Source: the human T2T-CHM13v2.0 reference genome, Homo sapiens. From it: a stretch of DNA of 64,000 nt. The stretch lies in the NCBI RefSeq assembly GCF_009914755.1, contig NC_060931.1. One strand, written 5' to 3'. Made by a program: the position numbers and the translations under genes. Shown here in pieces: positions 54,878 to 64,000 of the stretch. Numbering within the stretch: position 1 is the first letter of the stretch; each line of letters opens with the position of its first letter. The notes under the pieces were generated by a model. The model was given only the letters and a program-made list of their open reading frames with translations. It did not search any database and was not told the origin of the DNA.

Positions 54878-56114
54878 TGACAGCAGTGGCTGCTGCCATC
54901 ATCCGCCTGCAGCAGGGAAGCGTGGCTGGGGCCTCACACTCCATGGAGCCAGTGGGTGCCCCGCCCCTTCTGAGTTCGGAAGGGAGCTGTCCGTGCTCCC
55001 CGTGCTGCTGCACCTGCCCAAACCACAGCTGCAGACCCAGGCCTCCTGCTCTACGAAGCTGCCCAAACTGCAGCTGTGGATATGAGCCTCCCTGTGCACT
55101 TGAGGGAGCTGGGAACAGGCAAGATCTGCCTTCCCGGGTACAGCTGCAGCTGCGGCACCCACGGCTGCAAACCTGGGCCTCCTATTCCAAAAAGCGGGCA
55201 GGAGCTAGGGACAAGTAGGAGCCCTGCCCCTTCCGAGTTGGTGGGAGCTCCCAGGTGCAGCTGTGGCCGCCCTCCCGGGTACAGGACCTGGGTGTTTCTG
55301 CAGCCTACACCCTCAGGGGCCCCAGGAAGGACCCCCCCTACCACATCCCTGCAGGCTCGGGGGTGTCTTCTGCTGCCTGGCCTCTCTCCACTCCTAGCGC
55401 CTGCTCCGATCTCAGAGCTGGGGCTGGGGCCAAGCCCAGGGGCCATGAAGGGCCGTGGGAGGCAGATTGATTTCTGGGTAGAAAGGGCAGGTCCCCAGGA
55501 AGGCCCTACCTTCAGGCCAGCGAGGGCCTGAAGGCTGGGGGCTGGGCTGCCAGTGCTGCAGACAGGAGTGGGGACTCTTGATGCCTTTTCTGGGCCCACC
55601 CATGACCACTTATGGACCAATCGGCATGCACTTCCTCCCCTCAGAGGTCCATACAAGCTCTGGGCTCAGCCAGAGCAGGGCAGAGAAGGGTCACAGGATG
55701 AAGAGGACAGAGGGCAGAGAGACGACCGGATGGGATGACCAGCTGCAGAGAGGAGTACCCTCTCCACTGAGAACAGCAGAAGGCAAGACAACCTGTCCAC
55801 AGAGAGGAGCTACCCTCTCTGCTGAGAGCTTCAGAGACCTGCAGAGACATCTGAATGACCTGCCTGCAGAGAGCAGCTTCCCTCTCTGGGGCCTCCTCTC
55901 TGCTGAAAGCTGAACACTCGAGAGACGACCTGCCTACGAGAGGAGCCACCCACTCCTCTGAGCTGTTCTGACACTAAATACAACTTTTCTTCTTCACGCT
56001 TCACTTGTCTGCGTACCTCATTCTTCCTAGACGCAGGACAAGAGCTCTGGCAAAGGCGCTGCAGCCACAGAGGTTTCCGGCCGGAAAAATCGGCACCCCA
56101 GAGATCCCATGAGA
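54878..56114 (+). mobile_element. MER52-like GC-rich ERV1 solo LTR inserted into an L1MC-like 3' UTR (54797-54877 and 56115-56365)
   Basis: tgacagcagtggctgctgccatc...gcagctgcagacccaggcctcctgctc...gccacagaggtttccggcc; near-TSD acat/acgt; the L1 3' end resumes afterwards and ends in an A-rich tail. Confidence 0.75.
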
Positions 56115-56724
56115 ACGTCACGTACAGCACTGAGACGGAGCCCTAATGAAAACTGTGGCTCTGGGTGATAATGACGTTACTGTGGGTTCATCAACTGTAG
56201 CAAATTCGCCCTCTGCTGGGCGTTGTTGGAAATGCAGAGGCTCTGGGGGGTCAGGTATGTGGGAGCTCTCTGTACCTTTCTTGTAATTTGATGTGAACTT
56301 AAAGCTGCTCCAAAAAGATAAAATCTTGAAGAAAAGCGAAAAAAAAAAAAGGAAGAGAGGAAAAAATGACAGGCAGAAGGTCACGCCTGGCCCCTCAGTG
56401 CGCGTCCTCAGGCCTCTGCTCCCAGCTGGGGCTGGCAGGTGGTCGGGGGGGCACCCAGCTCCTCCACTCCCCACGCCCACCACAGCTTTCAAAGTTAGGA
56501 ACACAGGCAGGGTGGAGGTGAAGTCCGAACAGAAAGAGGAGACTTAAGGGAGGGCGAGCCCTGACTTTGTTTCGTTTTTCCGAGGCGACATTCGGTGCAG
56601 CTTTCTGGGTCCCCAAGGCTGACCCTGCTGCACCATGAACCACACGTCCACACCCTCACTGTCTCCCGCTCATGACATCAGCTCACCTGAGACTGTCACC
56701 GAAGGCTCTTTAACGTGAAATGAG

Positions 56725-57590
56725 TGGTTTTAACTATTTTTAAGTACACAGTTGTGTGGCATTAAGTGCATTCACTATGATGTGTGGCCATCACCATCGT
56801 CCACCCTAGAACCCCTTCATTTTCCCCAACAAATTCTGTCCCTTTAAGCAAGTGCTCCCCATCCCCCACCCCCTTCTACCTTCTGTCTCTGTGAATCTGA
56901 TGACCGTCAGTCTCTGAGCACAGCCATACCATCGTGGGCCTTTTGTGTCTGGCTTACTTCACCGAGCATAATGTCCTCAGGGTTTATCCGCATTGTGGCA
57001 GGTGCCAGAATCCCCTTCCTTTTTTAAAGGCTGAATAATGCTTTACCGTATGGATAGACCACATTTTGTTTATGCGTTCATCCGTTATCGGACGCTTGGG
57101 TTGGACCATGTTTAGTGGGTGTGAATAAGGCTGCCCTAAACACGGGTGCACAGGCATCTGCCCAAGTCCCTGCTCTCAGTTCTTTTTGAGAAATACCCAA
57201 AAGTGAAATTGCTGGGTCATATGGCAGTTCTATTTTTAAGGTTTTGAGGAGCCGCCACACTGTCTTCCCCAGCGGCTGCCCTGTTTTACATCCCCTCAAG
57301 CAATGTAAAGGGTCCCGGTGTCCCCACATCCTCCAGTTTCTCCACATCCCGAGCACTTGCTGTCTTCTATTTTTGATACTTGTTACCCTAATGGCTGTGA
57401 GGTGGCACCTCATTGTGGTTTTGATTTGAATTTCCCTAATGACCTGTGATAGTGAGCATCTTTTCATGGGTTTATTGGCCATTTGTATGTCTTCTCTGAA
57501 GAAATTGTCTATTCAAGTCCTTTGACCATTTTTGAATCGAGCTGTTTGTTTTTTTGTTGTTGAGTTGTGGGGGTTCTTTATACATTACTG
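56725..57590 (-). mobile_element. L1MB-like 3' fragment, antisense
   Basis: Minus-strand peptide MKRCSLSQVIREIQIKTTMRCHLT...LKIELPYDPAISLLGI is the L1 ORF2 C-terminus. Confidence 0.9.
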
Positions 57591-59767
57591 AAGGCTTATT
57601 TTTATGGTCCAATAATTCTTTATAGCACTGGGTGCTCGCTAGCCAGATGCCGTGATTATTTATGGCCTGGGACTGCGGGTACACATGTCTCCATTTGGAG
57701 GCTCAGCCAACGTTTCTAGGTCTGTTAACTTGAATTCATCTTTTAAATTGAAAAAAGATTTATTTTCCTCCTTATAACAGTCAAATCTCCGCCTTTCGTG
57801 TTTCCAGGGCCAAGTACTATCTGGGGGTAAAATGTTAAAGCTCAGTGAGAAATCCCTGGATACACGGAGGTTACATTTCAAAGGCCAGACCCCTGGTGAG
57901 GGCAGAATAATAGTGTCATAAATGGCGATGTTGTATTGTGCAGTTGATAAATTGAGTAAATATTTGCTAAAAGCCAGGAAACCCCCACAGCAATAAGGAC
58001 AAATGATGTTCATCAAAATGGCAGCCGTTTACTCAAGAATTAGGCAGAACCCACGGCGGGATGGACACTTGGACGTGCTCTCGGGACGGGCTGGCTAGGA
58101 AAGCTACAGCTGCAGATGGAGCTGGGAACCTCGCCCTGCCCTGAAACCCAAGGGAAAATCAGACTCCGAGGCACCGGTCGCCCTAAACCACCACAGATGG
58201 GGTTTCCACCTTCCTAGGAATAAGAGTGGAATATGCACCTGGGGGTGCAGCTTCGCCTTCCGCACAACAAGGGTCAGCGCCAATGTTTCCCTGAGATTCT
58301 CAGAGACCCAGAGCGCTGCCACCAGCGGCCTCCTGCCTCCCTGGAGCTCTTACCTCCCGCTCCCTCTCTCCGTCCAGGTGCTTACTTCTGGGAACTAATC
58401 ACTCAGTTTGTCTGATTTTTTACTTTTAAATCTCTTTCAAACCATTGGTGCCTTTGCAGCTTCTTGTAGCCACCGTCAGAGCCAGGCAGCAGGGGAGGAG
58501 GAGGCTTGGACTGTGGTGCAGAAAACCCCGTCCAGCCTCACTTGCCTTGGGAAGGCTTTGAAAGGATCATTTATACACTGGAGGATTCCATGAAGACTTT
58601 TTTTGGCCACCCTGAGTGGTTCAAGGTTCACCCTGTCTCTGTGAGGCTCGGCCTTGCCTTCTTTCATCAAAAGAAAAACAGAAGCCAAGGCTGAGGCCTT
58701 GCTGACCGGTCCCTCCCGAGTCCCTTCCTAACTGGAAACGATGATTCAGTCCAGAACTCCGCCTGCTCAGTCCCTGCTGTAAACTTCGTGGCTCTCTTTA
58801 AGTGCTGCTAGATGCCAAGCCAGGGAGACAGCCTGTATCATCAGTGCAGTCGCCCTGGGGGTGACACCAGGGATGATTATGTAAATTCTCATAAAACCCA
58901 CAGGCAAGTTTTGCTGCGGCCCGGCCTCCGGAGTCCTCCTGGTTGTAAGGGAAAGCACGAACTTGAGCGTGAAGACTCCAAAGCAGAAAAAAAGCAGAGC
59001 TCAGGAGGAAGCCTGCAGGGAAGGCCAAACCCTCCTGTGTGTGGAGCGGAGGTCAGGCTGGGGCGGGCGGCCACAGCTCCCCACCCTGGCCGCACCCCAG
59101 CCCGCAGATCTGACAGATGCAGGCCCCACTGCACCTGACAGTGCCGTGCTCAAATTGCTCACTCAGCAATGACATATTGGTGACCTGCCGGCACCAGGCA
59201 CTGTGGACAACACGTGGGGAGCACTGAGCAGGGCTACCTGCAGACGGCCTGGAAGCTCACCTTGGGCCGACTGGCAGCAGGTCACATGGCCTCTCTTAAT
59301 TAATCTAATTTCCCACAAGGCAGCCGGGGGTTATTCCAGGCAAACCTGAATTCCTGCGTGGAACCTCAGGTGCCAACACCTGCACATGTAAGCGGTGTCC
59401 AGGCTGCACCCTGGAGCCCAACCCTGGACCCCTTTGGGATGGTGAGACCCTGGGCCTCACCCTTCTCACCTCTGAGTGAGGCTTCTCCCCTGAGCCTGTT
59501 CCTTGTACCCCACCCGGATGTTTTGGTATTTTTCTGTACCCACATCTCCACACACACAGTGGCACTTCTCACCAAGGACTTGTAATCACAGAAAGCGATG
59601 GACAGAGGCAGACGCAGCAAGGGTGATGGGAGCTGGCGGAGAAGATGGTCCAGGGTGCAGGGGCACCACAGAGGTTGTGACATCACCTCAGGGTCCAAGA
59701 CGTGCTTCCTAGGGGCCCCCTGGCGGTCTCCAGGATGAGGGGTGGGCAGTGTGGGAGACCCCCAGGC

Positions 59768-59813
59768 AAAGGAGTGGCAGACATTGACAGAAAGGAGTGG
59801 CAGACATTGACAG
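59768..59813. repeat. Perfect 23-bp tandem duplication aaaggagtggcagacattgacag x2
   Basis: Read directly. Confidence 0.9.
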
Positions 59814-60347
59814 TGGAAGGTCTGCGGGGATGTGGGGGAGGTGCGCCGGGTGGGGAGGGGCCGCAGGCAAGGCCACAGTGTCCGGATGGTCCTGTGAAGG
59901 AAGGGAGCCCCCAAACACATTCACGTAGGGCAGTGCTGTGGGCAGATGCAAATTTTCAGAGCGTTCGCTGGAGATGGAGGGGGCCGGACCACCCCCAAGT
60001 CTCAGGAGAAGTCACAGGGGAGGAGACTCTGGGACTCTGGGTTCAGGTAAATACTTCGGGTTTGGCGTTGATGCTCCTTTTGGGCAATCTGTAGACTGAG
60101 TGACACCTGTCTCCCTGTCCACTCCCCTCCTACCCTTGTGATTATCCATCAGTATTTATGGGCCTGGCTGGTCAGACCGAGCAGGCCACAGCACAGCATG
60201 GAGCTCTAGGCCTCTGTGCATCTCTGGTGTTTGGATCCTAGGACCTGAAGGTCCAGGGGAGAAGTCGTCTGGGGGGTTGGGAGGCTCAGGGAAGAGGCTG
60301 CTTCCTGCTGTGGACTTGATTAGCAGCCCCATGGACAGTCACTGGAC

Positions 60348-60878
60348 TGTTAGCGAGGCAGGAGTCCAGAGGAGCCAGGGTGACACCATTTTAAAATCAG
60401 CACCGTCTTAAACTAGCAAGGCACACTCCTTGCCACACACAAGCCATGGTCCTAAGATGTTTACAGCTAAGGAAGCAGCTTGGTGATGCCTGCAAAGCAA
60501 ACTCCAAGAACAGAAAGTCCAGACGTCCAATACCCATAATTAGGTCTATGCTTTCAAGATAGTAAGAGTCATGCTATGATGACTGACACACTAAAATGTC
60601 AAGGATGGTTTTCTTTAAACCAATAGAATGATAAACTTTGTCATGCTCTCTGCTCAGCTGCACATATGCACAGCTTCACTTCGCTTTGCAGACAAGACTT
60701 CTGTGTAAGAAAAATGGAAAAAGAAGTTGGTGTGTCCTCTGCTTGCTTTCTGCTCTGTAACAGAGTCATTTCTAATAAACGTGCCTCTTTCACTGTGCTC
60801 TGTGACTGGCCTTGAATTCCCTCTTGTGTGAGATCTGAGAAGCCTCTCTTGGGGTAGAGACCCCCTCTTCCAGGAACA
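60348..60878 (+). mobile_element. ERV1 solo LTR (MER41-like 3' end)
   Basis: TG...CA termini, 4-bp TSD ggac on both sides, AATAAA at ~60774, ccttgaattccctcttgtgtgagatctgagaagcctctcttggggt U5. Confidence 0.82.
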
Positions 60879-60939
60879 GGACCACCTCTCACTTCCCCTA
60901 GACCCAAAGGGTGACCAAGAGACCGGCTCCAGGGCTTGT

Positions 60940-61453
60940 GTGGGAAAGTCTTCTGTTCGAGTGAGCCTGGGAGTAAACACTCCTGCTCGAGTGGGAAAGT
61001 CTTCTGTTCGAGTGAGCCTGGGAGTAAACACTCCTGCTCGAGTGGGAAAGTCTTCTGTTCGAGTGAGCCTGGGAGTAAACACTCCTGCTCGAGTGGGAAA
61101 GTCTTCTGTTCGAGTGAGCCTGGGAGTAAACACTCCTGCTCGAGTGGGAAAGTCTTCTGTTCGAGTGAGCCTGGGAGTAAACACTCCTGCTCGAGTGGGA
61201 AAGTCTTCTGTTCGAGTGAGCCTGGGAGTAAACACTCCTGCTCGAGTGGGAAAGTCTTCTGTTCGAGTGAGCCTGGGAGTGAACACTCCTGCTCGAGTGG
61301 GAAAGTCTTCTGTTCGAGTGAGCCTGGGAGTAAACACTCCTGCTCGAGTGGGAAGGTCTTCTGTTCGAGTGATCCTGGGAGTAAACACTCCTGCTCGAGT
61401 GGGAAGGTCTTCTGTTTGAGTGAGCCTGGGAGTAAACACTCCTGCTCGAGTGG
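60940..61453. repeat. VNTR, 51-bp unit (gtgggaaagtcttctgttcgagtgagcctgggagtaaacactcctgctcga) x10
   Basis: Exact 51-nt period; 17-aa periodic ORFs in several frames. Confidence 0.97.
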
Positions 61454-61886
61454 CTCGCTCATGGGTTTCTGCAAGGAACGTCTTTGAAATATTTGGTAGA
61501 TCTAAGGCTGAATACAGACCATTCACCAAAACGCTTTCCAAAACCATCTACTCCAGATTTTGTGAATAAATTTAAAATGCTGTTGCGGAGTCCTGACCAC
61601 AGAATATTGTTTTAGAAGCGAGTTTTGAGCTTTGGTCTGATGTGCTGATTTTTCCAGCAAGGACACGGAAGCCACATTTGTGATGAACTCTGAGCCATGC
61701 CCACCCCTCTGGGGCCAGGCCAGCCTGAAGCCATCTCACTGGCTCTCCAGCTGCCAGAAATGGAGGCTAGCTTCTGATACCAAAGTTCCACACCAGGATA
61801 TCAACAGCAGCCCTGCTTACACTAGTGAAAAATTAGACAGGATCTAAGTGTCCCACACTGAGGAAAGAGATGAACTCCAGCACGAG

Positions 61887-64000
61887 TGTATTATTCTGTT
61901 TTCATGCTGCCAATAAAGACATACCTGAGACTGGGTATTTTGATATTTTTTCTTGTTATAAAGAAAAAGAGGTTTAATGGACTCACAGTTCCATGTGGCT
62001 GGGGAGGCCTCACAATCATGGTGGAAGATGAAAGGCACATCTTACATGGCAGCAGACGAGAAAAAATGAGGGAACCAAGTGAAAGGGGTTTCCCTTTATA
62101 AAACTATCAGATCTTGTGAGACTTATTCACTACCACGAGAACAATATGGGGGAAACCACCCCTGTGATTCTGTTATCTCCCACTGGGTCCCTCCCACAAC
62201 ACATGGGAATAATTATGGGAGCTACAATTCAAGCTGAGATTTTGGTGGAGACACAGCTGAACCATATAATTCCACCCCTGGCTCCTCCCAAGTCTCATGT
62301 CTTCACATTTTAAAACCACTCGTACCTTCCCAACAGTCCCCAAAGTCTTAATTCAGCATTAACTCAAAAGTCCACAGTCCAAAGTCTCATTTGAGACAAG
62401 CAAGTCCCTTCTGCCTATGAGCCTATAAAATCAAAGGCAAGTTAGCTGCTTTCTAGATACAATGGGGGTACAGGCATTGGGTAAATATATCCATTCCAAA
62501 TGGGAGAAATTGGCCAAAACAAAGGAGTTACAGGCCCCACGTAAGTCCAAAATCCAGCGGGGCAGTCAAATCTTAAAGCTTCAAAGTGATCTTTGACTCC
62601 GTGTCTCACATCCAGCTCACACTGATGCAAGAGGTGGGTTCCCATGGTCTTGGGCAGCTCTGCCTCTGTGGCTTAGCAAGGTACAGTCTCCCTCCTGAGC
62701 TTTCACAGGCTGGTGTTGAGTGTCTGCAGCTTTACCAGGTGCACAGAGCAAGTTGTTGGTGGATCTACCATCCTGGGGTCTGGAGGATGGTGACTTTCTC
62801 ACAGCTCCACTAGGTAGCACCTCAGTGGTGACTCTGTGTGTGTGGGGGTGCCCACCCCACAATTCCCTTCTGCACTGCCCTAGCAGGGGTTCCCCATGAG
62901 GGCCCTGACCCTGCAGCAAACTTCTGCCTGAACATCCAGGCATTTCCATACATCCTCTAACATCTAGGTGGAGGTTCCCAAACCTCAATTATTGACTTCT
63001 CTGCACCTGCAGGCTCAACACCACATGGAAGCTGCTAGGGCTTGGGGTTTGCATCCTCTGAAGCCATGACATGAGCTGTACCTTGGCCCCTTTTAGTCAT
63101 GGCTGGAGTGGCTGGGACACAGGGCACCAAGTCCCTAGACTGCACACAGCACAGGGACCCTGGGCCTCGCCCATGAAACCATTTTTTCCTCCCAGGCCTC
63201 TGGGCCTGTGATGGGAGGGGATGCCATGAAGGCCTCTGACATGTCCCGGAGACATTTTCCCCATTGTCTTGGCAATTAACATTCAGCTCCTTGTTACTTA
63301 TGCAAATTTCTGCAGCTGGCTTGAATTTCTCCTCAGAAAATGGGACTTTCCTTTCTATTGCATTGTCAGGCTGCACATTTTCTGAACTCTTCTGCTCTGC
63401 TTCCCTTATAAAACTGAATGCCTTTAACAGCGCCTAAGTTACCTCTTGAATGCTTTGCCACTTAGAAATTTCTTCCACCAGATATCCTAAATAATCTCTC
63501 TCAAATTCAAAGTTCCACAAATTTCTAGGGCAGGGGCAAAATGCTGGCAGTCTCTTTGCTGAAACATTACAAGAGTGGCCTTCGCTCCAGTTGCCAACAA
63601 ATTCCTCATTTCCGTCTGAGACTACCTCAGTCTGGATTTTATTGTCCATATCATTATCAGCATGTTGGTCAAAGCCATTCAACAAGTCTCTAGGAAGTTC
63701 CAAACTGTCTCACATTTTCCTGTCTTCTTCTGAGCTCTCCAAACTGTTCCAACCTCTGCCTGTTACCCAGTTCCAAAGTCGCTTCCACATTTTTGGGTAT
63801 CTTTACAGCAGCACCCCACTGTACTGGTACCAATTTATTGTATGAGTCTGTTTTCATGCTGCTGATAAAGCCATACCCGAGACTGGGTAACTTATAAAGA
63901 AAAAAAGGTTTAATGGACTCACAATTCCACGTGTCTGAGGAGGCCTCACAATCACGGTGGAAGGTGAAAGGCAGGTCTTACATGGCAGCAGACAAGAGAG
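61887..64000 (-). mobile_element. THE1 MaLR provirus, antisense: 3' LTR 61887-62269, internal region 62270-63838, 5' LTR from 63839 (cut off by the window edge)
   Basis: Two similar LTRs (tgtat...ctgttttcatgctgc...ataaag.catacc.gagactggg) flanking the ~1.6-kb THE1 internal sequence. Confidence 0.93.

Noticed and set aside
60641-61547. Long ORFs (277, 297, 183, 159 aa) with 17-aa periodicity, and a superficially CRISPR-like hairpin repeat
   Set aside because: They are by-products of a 51-bp (3n) VNTR. There are no unique spacers or cas genes, and the context is primate DNA.
62442-63845. Several 60-123 aa ORFs
   Set aside because: Decayed THE1 internal sequence.

Overview
Primate (almost certainly human) genomic DNA, not microbial. 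Bases 1-~24,850 hold the last ten coding exons of DYNC2I1/WDR60 (dynein-2 intermediate chain, WD40 beta-propeller) on the + strand. The exons splice into one open frame ending ...[11 protein letters not shown] at TAG 24418-24420, and the last intron uses a non-canonical GC donor. The remaining ~39 kb has no supportable protein-coding gene. It holds many Alus, L1/L2/MIR remnants, solo and nested LTRs with visible target-site duplications (TSDs), a THE1 provirus running off the right edge, a CpG island at ~52.3-53.7 kb and about a dozen minisatellites, which fits the known subtelomeric 7q36.3 location of this gene. I found no convincing new gene system. The most interesting observations are: (1) a 228-nt three-exon block bracketed by inverted Alus that would circularise into a stop-free frame; (2) a ~230-bp direct duplication flanking the last exon, whose downstream copy forms an in-frame candidate alternative last exon; (3) a 61-bp VNTR derived from an Alu 5' end; and (4) RFX X-box motifs downstream of this ciliary gene. 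Repeat subfamily names come from recalled consensus sequences and need RepeatMasker confirmation.
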